Shown in pieces: positions 18,860 through 29,072 of a stretch of 64,000 bases of DNA (position 1 is the stretch's first letter; each line of letters starts with the position of its first letter). The translations under genes and the position numbers were made by a program. The notes below the pieces were generated by a model. It had not been told where the DNA came from. It saw nothing but the letters and a program-made list of their open reading frames with translations, and did no database searches. The DNA comes from Gemmatimonadales bacterium (GTDB lineage Bacteria; Gemmatimonadota; Gemmatimonadetes; Gemmatimonadales; GWC2-71-9): assembly GCA_041615815.1 (NCBI GenBank), contig JBFJCP010000005.1, positions 1-64,000 of the forward strand. Direction: 5' to 3'.

Positions 18860-19839
18860 TCTCCTTCGCGAGACCAATCATGCTGCTGTTGCTCCTTGCC
18901 ATTCCGCTATGGTGGTGGTGGCGCCGCCGACGGGGAGCGCCCTCGGCGAGCTACAGCGATGTCCGCGAATTGGCAGGTCCATCAGCACAGCGGCGCTGGC
19001 TGGCCGCCGTGCCACCGGGGCTGCGTTCGGTGGTGCTCGGTTCCTGGATCGTCGCGGTGGCTGGACCGCAGCTGGGTGGTGCCACCGTCGAGCGAACCAG
19101 CGAGGGCATCGCCATCGTCCTCGCGGTCGATGTGTCCAGCAGCATGTTGGCGGAAGACTTTGCCCCGTCCAATCGTCTCGACGTCGCAAAGGAGCAATCC
19201 ATCGATTTCGTCCGCGGGCGCGAGTTCGATCGGATCGGATTGGTTGCCTTTGCCGGTGAGGCGCTCACCCGTATGCCCATTACGGTGGACTACGCCGTGC
19301 TCGAGGAGGCGGTGCGCAATCTCCGCGTGGGTGAGCTCGACGACGGCACAGCCATCGGCACGGCCATTGCGACCGCGGCCAACCGGCTCCGGCGAGCGCC
19401 GGGAGCCAGCAAGGTCATCGTGCTTCTCACCGACGGTGAAAACACCCGCGGCATGCTGGATCCTCGCACCGCCGCCGAAGCCGCCGCGTCCGTGGGCGTG
19501 AAGATCTACACCATCGGGGTTGGCACCGAGGGCGAAGCGCCACTCCCCATCGGTCGGGGTCCGCAGGGTCAGTTGCGATACCAGACCCTCCCGGTCCGGA
19601 TCGACGAGGAGCTACTGCGAGATATCGCGGATCAAACCGGCGGGAGGTACTTCCGTGCGACTGACCCCGGCGCACTCAATCGCGTGTTTCAACAAATCGA
19701 TCAGCTCGAGACCACGCCCGTGATCGTCACGCGTTTCACGCAGTTCGACGAGGCGTACCGGCCGCTGCTCCTCATTGGCCTAGCCGGGTTGCTGGTCGAG
19801 TTGATCCTGTCGGCCACGGTCGTGGTACGCGTCCCCTGA
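18856..19839 (+). CDS. batA: vWA domain membrane protein, BatA-like
   Basis: MIDAS DVSSSM, LLTDGEN, IYTIGVG and TGGRYFRA motifs; N- and C-terminal TMs. Confidence 0.88.
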   Translation: MISFARPIMLLLLLAIPLWWWWRRRRGAPSASYSDVRELAGPSAQRRWLAAVPPGLRSVVLGSWIVAVAGPQLGGATVERTSEGIAIVLAVDVSSSMLAEDFAPSNRLDVAKEQSIDFVRGREFDRIGLVAFAGEALTRMPITVDYAVLEEAVRNLRVGELDDGTAIGTAIATAANRLRRAPGASKVIVLLTDGENTRGMLDPRTAAEAAASVGVKIYTIGVGTEGEAPLPIGRGPQGQLRYQTLPVRIDEELLRDIADQTGGRYFRATDPGALNRVFQQIDQLETTPVIVTRFTQFDEAYRPLLLIGLAGLLVELILSATVVVRVP

Positions 19840-21470
19840 TGGCGTTCGATACTCCGTGGCTGCTCTGGTTCGCACCCGTCGTCGGGTTTCTGGTCTGGGG
19901 GCTGGCGTTCTGGGCCCGCGGCGCACGGGTGCGCCGGGCCGAGCGGTGGTCCGAGGAGCTCGGCATGCGGGCGGCCCGATTGGGCCGGTTCGGCGCGGTC
20001 GCGCTGGGGGTGGCCGGCGTCAGTGCGGTGGTCGCGTTGGCCGGTCCCCGCTGGGGCAGTCGGACGGTGGTGACGGACACCAAGGGCCTGAGCCTGGTCA
20101 TCGCCGTGGACATTTCGCGCTCGATGCTGGCCGAGGATGCGGCGCCATCCCGTCTGGCCCGAGCCAAGCGCGAAGCCCGCAGGCTGGTGCACGACCTTCG
20201 CGGTGACCGCGTGGGTCTGATCGCCTTTGCGGGTGGGAGCTACATCACGTCACCGCTCACGGTGGATCCGGGGGCGCTCCAGCTGCTCATCGAGGGTCTG
20301 GATCCGGATATCGCCAGTCGGGGCGGAACGACCCTGGCCCGAACGCTGCGGCAGGGGCGCGACCTGCTGTTGGCCGGTGAAGAAGTTGCCGACCGGGTGC
20401 TGGTAGTGTTCACCGATGGTGAGACCCATGACTCGCTGGGTCCCGTATTGGAAGAGGCCCAGCGGCTTCGGCGTGCCGGCATCCGTCTGATTCTGGTCGC
20501 CGAGGGTGGACGGGAACCGGCAAACATCCCTGTGCGCGATCTCGACGGGACGTTCACGGGGTATCAGCGCGATCCTCGAGGCACCGTCGTGCAGACGTGG
20601 CGACGCGACGATGTCCTGGGTGCCGTGGCGGATGCCGCAGAAGGTGTCGTGGTAGCGGCGGAGGTCAACGATCAAGCCGGTGCGGCGCGTGACCTCGTCG
20701 AGTCCTTCAAACGGGCGCCTCTTGCGACGACCACCTCGGTACACGACGTGTCTCGAGCGTGGATTCCGTTGTTGGTGGCCGTCATCGTGTTGCTCGTGCA
20801 CACGGTCACTCGTCGGTCTATGGCACTGGCGGTTTTCCTGCTCAGCGTGGGAGCAGCGCCGATGGTGCGGGCACAGGCGCCGCGCAATACCGCCGATGAT
20901 GCGTGGGAGCGCGGTGCGCTGCGGGATGCCGCGAATCGATACTTGTCGCAAGTCCGGCGAGGCGAGGGTGGCGACACCGTGTGGTACAATCTGGGGACGG
21001 CGGCCATGGCCATTGGCGATACTGGTGTGGCGCGGCGCGCGCTCGAGCGGGCAACCCGATCTCTCGAACCGGACGTCCGATTCCGCGCGTTGTATAATCT
21101 CGGCTTGTTCGACCTGCGTCTCGCCGAGGCGGACTCCGCTGGACGGAGGGAACGGCTGCAAGCAGCACGCCGACGCTTTCGAGAGGCCTTGCTGCTCGAT
21201 CCCGATCACGCCGATACCAAGTGGAATCTCGAGCTCACGATCGAACGATCACCGCCGAGCAGTGGCGGGGGAGGGGCCGCGCCACCCCCACAGGGTGGCG
21301 GCGGGGGTGGTGGTGGGGGACCGGCCCAGCCCCAACCGTCGGGCGGCCTCACACCGGAGCAAGCGGAGCAGATTCTCAACTCGATCGCCGAGGAAGAGCG
21401 GCAGACGATGCTCGAGCGGAACCGCCGGCGTCGGCAATTCGGTGAGCGACGGGAGGACAAGGATTGGTAG
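19839..21470 (+). CDS. vWA + TPR protein (BatB-BatC-like fusion)
   Basis: DISRSM and FTDGE vWA domain, then TM, TPRs (WYNLG, LYNLG, KWNLEL) and a BatC-type tail ending KDW. Confidence 0.82.
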   Translation: MAFDTPWLLWFAPVVGFLVWGLAFWARGARVRRAERWSEELGMRAARLGRFGAVALGVAGVSAVVALAGPRWGSRTVVTDTKGLSLVIAVDISRSMLAEDAAPSRLARAKREARRLVHDLRGDRVGLIAFAGGSYITSPLTVDPGALQLLIEGLDPDIASRGGTTLARTLRQGRDLLLAGEEVADRVLVVFTDGETHDSLGPVLEEAQRLRRAGIRLILVAEGGREPANIPVRDLDGTFTGYQRDPRGTVVQTWRRDDVLGAVADAAEGVVVAAEVNDQAGAARDLVESFKRAPLATTTSVHDVSRAWIPLLVAVIVLLVHTVTRRSMALAVFLLSVGAAPMVRAQAPRNTADDAWERGALRDAANRYLSQVRRGEGGDTVWYNLGTAAMAIGDTGVARRALERATRSLEPDVRFRALYNLGLFDLRLAEADSAGRRERLQAARRRFREALLLDPDHADTKWNLELTIERSPPSSGGGGAAPPPQGGGGGGGGGPAQPQPSGGLTPEQAEQILNSIAEEERQTMLERNRRRRQFGERREDKDW

Positions 21471-23803
21471 CCGCCGCCCTGGGGATGTGGCTCCTGGCGC
21501 AACAGATCCAGGTCTCGGCACGGGTAACGCCGGACCAGGTGCTGCTCGGCGACTCGGTCGTGTTCTCGATCACCGTGCGGACCCGTGGGGATCAGCCGGT
21601 GCAGATCGTGAACCCGTCCTTCAACGGGCTCGAGATCCAAGCCAGTCGCGAACAGACGCAGGTGACGCTGGATGCGGGCGAAGCGGCACGTATCACCCGC
21701 CGCGATCTGACGCTGCGGACGCTCCGCGCGGGGACGATCACGATCGGTCCGGTGCGCGTGCGTCAGGGCGACGAAACAAGCGAAACCGCTCCGGTGACCC
21801 TCGAGGTCTCCGCCGCGGGTGCCGCTGGGACCAATGCGCTGAGCGGACGGATCCGTGGTCTCGTAGCGCGAGCGCCGCCACCACGCCTGGGAGCGGATGA
21901 AGTGGGCGCCACGGTGCTCGTGTCGGACGAGACGATTCTCCTCGGGCAACAACTCGACCTCGTTGTGATCGCATGGTTCCCGCGTTCGATTCGGGCGAGA
22001 CTGAGAAATCCGCCGACCTTGCGGCCACCGCAGCTTCAGGGCGCGTGGTCGTATCAACGCCCGAGCCCCGCAGGAATTGCGCTCAGTCGGCGTGTTGGCG
22101 GCCTGTGGTACGATCTGTTCGTCCATCATCAAGCCGTCTTTCCGCTGTCGGCCGGCGCGGCGGCCATCGGCGGGGCCACGGTTTCGTACAGCCTGCCCCT
22201 CACGTACTCGTTTCTCAGTCGCGAGCTGCGTCACGAAGTGGAGACGTCGCCCCTGTCGATCCTCGTGCGAGACCTCCCCCCCCCGCCGGCAACGGCGTTT
22301 CACGGAGCCGCCGGCGTCGATCTCTCGTTGGAGGTGGCCGGAGAGACGAGCGAGATTCCGCGCGGTGGTGCGATTCAGATGGCGGCAACCGTCAGCGGGA
22401 TCGGAAACGTTGCGCTCTGGCCGGAACCCGAGATCGCGTTCCCACCCGGTCTGCGAGTGTATCCGGGAGACGTGGAAGTCTCGCTGACGGCCGAGAACGG
22501 TCGATTGGGTGGATCCAAAACCTTCCATTACCTCGCGGTCGGAGATTCGGTTGGCACGTTTCGCGTGCCCGCCACGAGCTATGCGTACTTCGATACGGAT
22601 CGCGGCCGCTACCGCCTGCTCGAGTCCCCTGCCTGGCTCGTAGCTGTCACAGGTCGGACCGGCGCGCCGCTCGTCGAAGCTCGCGGCGTGACCCTGATGC
22701 GGCCCCGCCGGGGAGCCAGGCTCGACGCGGCCCTCCGCCGTGCCTCGCCGGCGATCTGGCTCTTCCTGTTGCTCGTTCCGCCGCTCGTCGTGCTGGGGCT
22801 GCGGATCACACCGCGGCTGTGGGCACGCTGGAGGGCAGCCCGCACAGAACGGCGCCGGTCCAGCGAGGATGGACTCACTCGGCTGGACTGGGAGTTCGAC
22901 GACGTGCTGGGTCGATTGGTGGCGGACGCCTCAACCAGGGATGGCGACGAGTTGGCGGACGCGCTTCGAGCGGCGGGGGTCGAAGCGCCAGTGGCGTCGC
23001 ACGCCGCGAGGGTCCGCGACCGGCTTCGTCTCGCCCGATATGGTCCAGCGGGTGCGACTGACACCGATGAACTGACCGCGGAGGTCCAGGAGGTACTCCG
23101 CGCGCTCATGGGGAGTGCCCCGCGCTCGAGAAGGGCGAGTGTCGTGGGGAGTGTTGCGGTGGTGCTGATGCTCGGATGGGTTCCGAGTATGCACGCCCAG
23201 GCTGCGGAAACGCTCTTTGAAGCCGGCGCGGTACGGGCTGCGGCGGACAGTTTTGCACGCCGAGCATCCACCGACCCCGTGCAACCGGCCCATTGGTACA
23301 ACCTGGGCAGTGCGCGCTACCGCCTGGGCGATCGCTCCGGCGCCCTCGCCGCGTGGGTGCGGGCGGCGCGGCTGGCACCGCGCGACGCATCGGTCAACCG
23401 GTCACTGACTCTCGTGCCCGCGCCAGATCCGCTGTCGGCGCAGCTCACGTGGGTTTCGCCTATCACACCGGTCGAGGCGGCCGTGGCTGCGTCCGCGTGC
23501 TGGCTCCTGGCGTGGATCCTGATCGTGCGGCGCACGCGGCGGCGGTACGTTGTCCCCCTGCTCGCCGCTGCGATGGGGCTGGCCGCCTATGGTGTGTGGG
23601 TTCAGTACCGTTACGACAGGCCTCTCGCCGTCGCCGCCGTGGATGGCGGATTTCGGGCTGCCCCGTTTGGGTCAGCACCGGTCACCCGTGGGCTGGCTGA
23701 AGGTGCCGTGGTGCAGATTGTGGATCGCTGGGGTGAGTGGGTTCTGGTGGGGCGCGGGACCGAGCGGGGATGGGTGCTTCGCCGCGAGCTCACCTCGCTC
23801 TGA
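21464..23803 (+). CDS. BatD-like protein fused to TPR and SH3-like domains (BatD-BatE-like)
   Basis: BatD-type beta domains, TM, then WYNLGSARY TPR and C-terminal GEWVLV...ERGWV. Confidence 0.75.
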   Translation: MVAAALGMWLLAQQIQVSARVTPDQVLLGDSVVFSITVRTRGDQPVQIVNPSFNGLEIQASREQTQVTLDAGEAARITRRDLTLRTLRAGTITIGPVRVRQGDETSETAPVTLEVSAAGAAGTNALSGRIRGLVARAPPPRLGADEVGATVLVSDETILLGQQLDLVVIAWFPRSIRARLRNPPTLRPPQLQGAWSYQRPSPAGIALSRRVGGLWYDLFVHHQAVFPLSAGAAAIGGATVSYSLPLTYSFLSRELRHEVETSPLSILVRDLPPPPATAFHGAAGVDLSLEVAGETSEIPRGGAIQMAATVSGIGNVALWPEPEIAFPPGLRVYPGDVEVSLTAENGRLGGSKTFHYLAVGDSVGTFRVPATSYAYFDTDRGRYRLLESPAWLVAVTGRTGAPLVEARGVTLMRPRRGARLDAALRRASPAIWLFLLLVPPLVVLGLRITPRLWARWRAARTERRRSSEDGLTRLDWEFDDVLGRLVADASTRDGDELADALRAAGVEAPVASHAARVRDRLRLARYGPAGATDTDELTAEVQEVLRALMGSAPRSRRASVVGSVAVVLMLGWVPSMHAQAAETLFEAGAVRAAADSFARRASTDPVQPAHWYNLGSARYRLGDRSGALAAWVRAARLAPRDASVNRSLTLVPAPDPLSAQLTWVSPITPVEAAVAASACWLLAWILIVRRTRRRYVVPLLAAAMGLAAYGVWVQYRYDRPLAVAAVDGGFRAAPFGSAPVTRGLAEGAVVQIVDRWGEWVLVGRGTERGWVLRRELTSL

Positions 23804-25512
23804 TGGGACGGATCGCCGTATTGCCGTCCCACGTCGCAGACCAGATCGCGGCGGGCGAGGTCGTAGAGCGCCCAGCGTCGGTGGTGAAAGAACTGGTCGA
23901 AAACGCCCTGGATGCCGGGGCGATGGCGGTGTTGGTCGACCTCGAAGACGGCGGGCGCAGCCTGATCCGCGTAAGTGACGACGGGGCGGGGATGGATCGC
24001 GACGACGCGTTGGTTGCGCTCGACCGGCATGCCACGAGCAAGATCCGATCGGCGGCCGAGCTCGTGGGCGTTCCGACGTACGGTTTCCGCGGTGAAGCCC
24101 TGCCGGCGATAGCGTCGGTGTCCCATCTGGAGCTGGAGACGTCGCCCCGTGCCGACGACGAGGCGGTGGGCACGAAAGTCACGAGCCGCGGTGGGACACG
24201 AGCCGCGGTGGAGGATGTGGCGCGAACCCCCGGGACCACGGTGACGGTTCGCCGTCTGTTCTACAACACGCCAGCGCGCCGGAAATTCCTGCGCTCCCAG
24301 CGCAGCGAGACGCGAGCAGCAGTGGAAGCCGTCACGATTCTGGCCCTGGCTCGTCTGGATGTGGCCTTCACGCTCACGAGCGACGGACGGGTGCGCATCG
24401 ATGCACCGCGCGTCGCGAAGGTCGCCGATCGGATCGCCGCATTGTTCGGGCGATCGACCGCTGAGAGTCTCGTGTCCGTCGAACATCAGTACGGGGACGT
24501 GGCGGTACGAGGGTTTGCGCAGCGTCCGGCGGATGCAAAGACAGCCGGACGCAGAGCCTACTTCTTCGTGAACGGCCGTCCGTTTCGCGATCCGTTCTTG
24601 GTGCGCGCCGCGGAGGCCGGGTATCGGGCCACGATCGCCGCGGGGCAACGTCCCACGCTGTTCCTGTCCTTAGGGCTTCCGGGCGATCGCGTGGACGTGA
24701 ATGTCCACCCGCAAAAACTGGAGGTCCGGTTCCGCGATCGGCGATTGGTGGAACGCACGGTCGAGGAGGCGATCAAGCACGCGCTGCGGCCGCTCGAAGC
24801 GGCGGCCGTCGTGGGACGCGGAGCTCCGGTTGGCGTCCTCGCGGGTGACCGCGGTGACGCAGGCGCTGTCGGGATCCTCCCGCCTCGTGCCACCTTGTTC
24901 GACCGGGCTGGAGCGGCAACGCCAGGAAGGCGGCCTGGAGCGCCCGAGCACGAGATCTTGCAGGTTTTCAACACCTACCTGGTATTCGAAACACCCGAGG
25001 GTGTGGCCATCGTCGATCAGCACTCGGCACATGAGCGTGTGCTCTACGAGCGAACCATGGCGGAGCTGCGCGGTGAGGGGAGCGCGGCGCAGCGTCTCCT
25101 CCTCCCAATGACCATCGACCTCTCCCCTAACGAGCTGGAGGCCGTGGACCAGCACGCCGATCTACTCTCGAGTGTCGGGTATGAGATCGACCCCTTTGGT
25201 GGGCAATCGGTCGTGATCCATGCGGTGCCTAACCCCCACCCGCGGTTCGACGCCCGCCACTGCGTGGAAGAGCTGGTGGCGGATCTCGCGCGTGGCCGCT
25301 TCGGCGCCCTGGCCAACCGGCTCGAGCGTTTCGCGGCCACGTATGCCTGCCGTGCCGCCGTCAAAGCCGGCCACACCTTGGACGCTCGGGAGCGACGCGA
25401 GTTGTTGCGGCGGCTGTTTGCCTGTGAGCTGCCGCCCCACGACGTGCATGGCCGGCCGACCATCGTGCAACTGCCGAAGGGCGAACTGGAGCGTCGGTTT
25501 GGCCGGACATAG
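23803..25512 (+). CDS. mutL: DNA mismatch repair endonuclease MutL
   Basis: IAAGEVVERPASVVKELVEN, HATSKI, GFRGEAL, VDVNVHP and DQHSAHER motifs; start re-called to ATG 23803. Confidence 0.97.
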   Translation: MGRIAVLPSHVADQIAAGEVVERPASVVKELVENALDAGAMAVLVDLEDGGRSLIRVSDDGAGMDRDDALVALDRHATSKIRSAAELVGVPTYGFRGEALPAIASVSHLELETSPRADDEAVGTKVTSRGGTRAAVEDVARTPGTTVTVRRLFYNTPARRKFLRSQRSETRAAVEAVTILALARLDVAFTLTSDGRVRIDAPRVAKVADRIAALFGRSTAESLVSVEHQYGDVAVRGFAQRPADAKTAGRRAYFFVNGRPFRDPFLVRAAEAGYRATIAAGQRPTLFLSLGLPGDRVDVNVHPQKLEVRFRDRRLVERTVEEAIKHALRPLEAAAVVGRGAPVGVLAGDRGDAGAVGILPPRATLFDRAGAATPGRRPGAPEHEILQVFNTYLVFETPEGVAIVDQHSAHERVLYERTMAELRGEGSAAQRLLLPMTIDLSPNELEAVDQHADLLSSVGYEIDPFGGQSVVIHAVPNPHPRFDARHCVEELVADLARGRFGALANRLERFAATYACRAAVKAGHTLDARERRELLRRLFACELPPHDVHGRPTIVQLPKGELERRFGRT

Positions 25513-26422
25513 ACCGCTGATACCGGTGCTCGTGGGACCTACCGCCGTTGGCAAGACGGCGGTGGCTCTCGAGTTAGGGCAGCGCTGGCCAGTGACCGTG
25601 ATCTCAGCGGACTCTCGACAGGTGTATCGCAGGCTCGACATTGGCACCGCGAAGCCCACACGCCAGGAGCGCGCGCTCGTTCCCCACGTGGGAATCGATG
25701 TCGTCGATCCGGGCGATCGATACAGCGCGGGTCGATTCGCGAGAGATGCGGTATCCTGGCTGGAGGCGGTTGACGCTGATCGCCTTCCCATGGTCGTAGG
25801 CGGCACCGGGTTTTACATTCGCGCCCTCGCAGACGGGCTGTTTCGCGAGCCGCCGTTCGATCCGGCGCAGCGCGAGCGGCTCCGGCGGTGGGTACGCCAT
25901 GCCCCACGCCTCGGTCGCTGGGCCTCTCGCCTGGATCCGGCGTTTCGCGGTGGGGGCCAGCAGCGGGCGGCCCGCGCGGTCGAGATCGCCCTGCTGACCG
26001 GTCGTTCCCTCTCTTGGTGGCAGCACACGGCGCGGCAGGAAGGCATCATGCGTCCGTGGTACGTCAAGCTGATCGTTCCCCGAGCGGTGCTCCACAGGCG
26101 AATCACGCAGCGGGTGCACGCCATGCTCGAGTCCGGCCTTGTCGCGGAGGTAGAAGGGGTGCTGAAAGCGGGCGTGGCGGCGGGTGCACCCGGACTCGAC
26201 GGGGTGGGCTATCGGCAAGTGGTCCAGCATCTCGAGGGGAGCCTGCCGCGCGACCGTCTTGCGGAAGCGATTGGCGGCGCCACGCGGCAATATGCCAAGC
26301 GACAGGAGACCTGGTTTCGACACCAGCTCGCCGGCCATCCTGTGCTGACCCTCGACGCGACGGCATCCCCAGCCGGTTTGGTAGATCAGATCGTGGGGCA
26401 TTGGGAGGAGCGAGGTCGATAG
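25499..26422 (+). CDS. miaA: tRNA dimethylallyltransferase
   Basis: GPTAVGKT, SADSRQVY, DIGTAKP, VGGTGFY and TRQYAKRQETWF motifs; TTG start at 25499 inferred. Confidence 0.95.
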   Translation: MAGHRPLIPVLVGPTAVGKTAVALELGQRWPVTVISADSRQVYRRLDIGTAKPTRQERALVPHVGIDVVDPGDRYSAGRFARDAVSWLEAVDADRLPMVVGGTGFYIRALADGLFREPPFDPAQRERLRRWVRHAPRLGRWASRLDPAFRGGGQQRAARAVEIALLTGRSLSWWQHTARQEGIMRPWYVKLIVPRAVLHRRITQRVHAMLESGLVAEVEGVLKAGVAAGAPGLDGVGYRQVVQHLEGSLPRDRLAEAIGGATRQYAKRQETWFRHQLAGHPVLTLDATASPAGLVDQIVGHWEERGR

Positions 26423-27550
26423 ATGCGCATTGGAATCACGTGTTATCCCACGTATGGTGGCTCTGGTGCCGTGGCCACGGAATTGGCGCTCGAACTGGGA
26501 CGGCGGGGACACGATGTCCATCTCATTTCGTATGCGTCGCCGTTTCGCCTGCGCGGTTTTGCCGAGCACGTCTATTACCACGAAGTCGATATGAGCGGTG
26601 CGTATCCGCTGCTCGAGTACTTCCCCTATTCGATGGCCCTCTCCGTCAAACAGCACGAGATCGCGCTGCGGGAGAACCTAGAGGTGCTCCACGTGCACTA
26701 CGCGATCCCCCATGCGCCAGCGGCGTTCCTGGCCAAGCAGATGTTGTTGGAGGGCGGTCGTGACATCAAAGTGATCACGACGCTTCACGGAACCGACATC
26801 ACTCTGGTGGGGCAGGAGAACTCGTTTTTCACGGTCACGAAGTTCGCGATCGAGCGGTCGGACGCCGTCACGGCGGTCTCCAATTTTCTTCGCGATGAGA
26901 CGTACCGCGCGTTCGAGTGCCGGCGTTGCGATATCGAGGTGATTCCCAACTTCGTGAACCTGAGCGAGTACTATCCCGACGATGAGGAGCGGTGTCGGGC
27001 GTCCTTGGCGCCACCCGACACGAAGGTGCTCATGCACATTTCGAATTTCCGGCCCGTGAAGCGCGTTCCCGACATCGTGCGGTGTTTTGCCCAGATCCAA
27101 CAGGTGGTGCCCAGCGTGTTGGTGTTGGTGGGCGACGGGCCACAGCGTCCCGAGGTGGAGGCCGAGGTCGGACGTCTCGGGGTGGAGGGCGCCGTTCGGT
27201 TCCTTGGCAAGGTGAATGTCGTGGCGGATCTGCTGCGCGCGGCGGATCTCTATTTCCTCCCCAGCTCGTCCGAGTCGTTTGGTCTGAGCGCCCTCGAAGC
27301 GATGGCGTGCGGGGTTCCCGTCGTCGGCACCAATGTGGGTGGTCTTCCGGAGGTGGTCAGAGACGGTGTCACCGGTGCCTTGGTGCCGGTGGGAGACGTG
27401 GATGCCATGGCCCGCCGCGCCATCGAGTTGCTACAGCCGGAACAGTGGGCGCGGGGTCGAGCCGCAGCGATAGAGCGCGCCAAGGATTTTGCCGCGGACC
27501 TGGTCGTCCCGCGGTATGAGGCGCTGTACGAGCGCGTGGTGCGAGGATGA
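26423..27550 (+). CDS. bshA: N-acetyl-alpha-D-glucosaminyl L-malate synthase
   Basis: MRIGITCYPTYGGSG, LHVHYAIPHA, TTLHGTDITLVG, HISNFRPVKR and ESFGLSALEAMACG motifs. Confidence 0.93.
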   Translation: MRIGITCYPTYGGSGAVATELALELGRRGHDVHLISYASPFRLRGFAEHVYYHEVDMSGAYPLLEYFPYSMALSVKQHEIALRENLEVLHVHYAIPHAPAAFLAKQMLLEGGRDIKVITTLHGTDITLVGQENSFFTVTKFAIERSDAVTAVSNFLRDETYRAFECRRCDIEVIPNFVNLSEYYPDDEERCRASLAPPDTKVLMHISNFRPVKRVPDIVRCFAQIQQVVPSVLVLVGDGPQRPEVEAEVGRLGVEGAVRFLGKVNVVADLLRAADLYFLPSSSESFGLSALEAMACGVPVVGTNVGGLPEVVRDGVTGALVPVGDVDAMARRAIELLQPEQWARGRAAAIERAKDFAADLVVPRYEALYERVVRG

Positions 27551-28332
27551 CATGGTGGCAAGCGCTGGTGCTCGGTGTGGTGCAGGGCCTCACGGAATTC
27601 TTACCTATCTCGAGTTCTGGTCATCTCGTCGTCGCGGAGGCGGCCATCGGGTTACGAACGCCGGGTGTCGTGGTCGAAGTGGCGCTGCACGTGGCGACGT
27701 TGCTCGCTGTAGTACTCGTGTATCGCGCACGCCTCTGGGAACTCATGGGTGGAACGCTTCGAGGAAATCGCGATGCCATGCGGTACGTAGGGTTGCTGAT
27801 CATCGGTACCGTCCCCGCGGCGCTGGCCGGGCTGCTTCTCGAGGAGTTCTTCGAGCGAGTGTTCGACTCGCTGTTGTTCGTGGGAATTCACTTTCTCCTC
27901 ACCGGGGGCATTCTCTGGAGCACGCGGTGGGTGATGGGGCAGGGGACCGAGGCGCTTCCGACCGCGCGGGGAGCGGTCGGGATCGGCATTGCGCAGGCGC
28001 TGGCCATTCTCCCCGGCATCTCGCGGTCTGGCACCACGGTGGCTGCCGGCCTCTGGCTGCGTCTCGACCCGGTGCGGGCGGCAGAATTCTCCTTTCTCTT
28101 GGCACTTCCAGCGATCGCAGGCGCGGCGATCCTCCAACTTCCGGATCTTTCGATTGGCGTGGGCAGCGTGGGGGCCGGATCCCTGGCCATGGGCTTCGTC
28201 ACGGCACTGGTGGCCGGTGTCGTGGCCATCCGGCTGCTCATCGCCTTGCTACGGCGCCGCGCGTTCTACCAGTTCGCGCCGTACTGCTGGGCGCTTGGCG
28301 CGGTCACCATCGTCTGGGCACTGATTCGCTGA
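27547..28332 (+). CDS. uppP: Undecaprenyl-diphosphate phosphatase
   Basis: VQGLTEFLPISSSGHL, PGISRSGTT and AAEFSFLL motifs. Confidence 0.95.
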   Translation: MTWWQALVLGVVQGLTEFLPISSSGHLVVAEAAIGLRTPGVVVEVALHVATLLAVVLVYRARLWELMGGTLRGNRDAMRYVGLLIIGTVPAALAGLLLEEFFERVFDSLLFVGIHFLLTGGILWSTRWVMGQGTEALPTARGAVGIGIAQALAILPGISRSGTTVAAGLWLRLDPVRAAEFSFLLALPAIAGAAILQLPDLSIGVGSVGAGSLAMGFVTALVAGVVAIRLLIALLRRRAFYQFAPYCWALGAVTIVWALIR

Positions 28333-29072
28333 TGGCGTACGACGGTTTGGGTCCCGATGAGCTGCAGCACCGCCTCGGAGTGCCGCATCTCCTTTGTTTG
28401 CGAAAAGTGACCAGCACGCTCGACCTGATCCATGAGCTGGCACAGGATGCCGCGCCCACCGGCACGTTGGTCTTGGCGGACGAGCAAGTGGCTGGGCGTG
28501 GGCGACAGGGCCGGTCGTGGCACAGTCCGCCGGGGGTTGGTGTCTGGATCGGTTTGTTGCGGCGCCCAGAGCGCAAGCCGGAGACGGGGGTGTTCGCGCT
28601 TCGGGTGGGACTGGTGCTGGTCGACGCGCTGGCGACTCTGGGAATCACTGCGCGGATCAAATGGCCCAACGATGTCGTGGTGCGCGGAAGAAAGCTCGCT
28701 GGGGTGTTGTGCGAGACGCGGTGGCTGGGGGCGCGGCTTCGGTGGATGGCCGTGGGGGTCGGTATCAATGTGCATCACCCGCTCCCGGACGAGGTGACCC
28801 ATACGGCCATCGCCCTCGCCGAACTGGTGCCGACGGTCTCTCGCGTGGCGGTGCTTGAGGCGCTGGCGCCACGGCTGGTTGCGCTCTCGGACGAGCCAAC
28901 GTTGAGTGACGGCGAGCTGGCGGCGTACCGACAACACGATGCCCTCATGGGGCACGAGCTCGTGGAGCCGGTTCGCGGACACGCCAAGGGGATCGATCAC
29001 GACGGAGCGCTCCTCGTGCAAACGCCACATGGTGTGGAGCGTGTTGCCGGAGGGCACATTGTCGCCGCGTAG
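28332..29072 (+). CDS. birA: Biotin-[acetyl-CoA-carboxylase] ligase (no N-terminal HTH)
   Basis: QVAGRGRQGRSW, IKWPND, KLAGVL and GVGINV motifs; start re-called to ATG 28332. Confidence 0.93.
   Translation: MAYDGLGPDELQHRLGVPHLLCLRKVTSTLDLIHELAQDAAPTGTLVLADEQVAGRGRQGRSWHSPPGVGVWIGLLRRPERKPETGVFALRVGLVLVDALATLGITARIKWPNDVVVRGRKLAGVLCETRWLGARLRWMAVGVGINVHHPLPDEVTHTAIALAELVPTVSRVAVLEALAPRLVALSDEPTLSDGELAAYRQHDALMGHELVEPVRGHAKGIDHDGALLVQTPHGVERVAGGHIVAA

Noticed and set aside
22276..22284. C9 homopolymer in the BatD-like gene as a phase-variation tract
   Set aside because: It encodes a poly-Pro linker (LPPPP) and is unremarkable in high-GC DNA.
25220..29072. Apparent long N-terminal extensions of miaA (25220) and birA (27489); likewise pyrB, dcd, nuoB/D/E/J/K/N and sucC
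   Set aside because: The extensions overlap upstream genes; homology starts at downstream codons that overlap or abut the previous stop.
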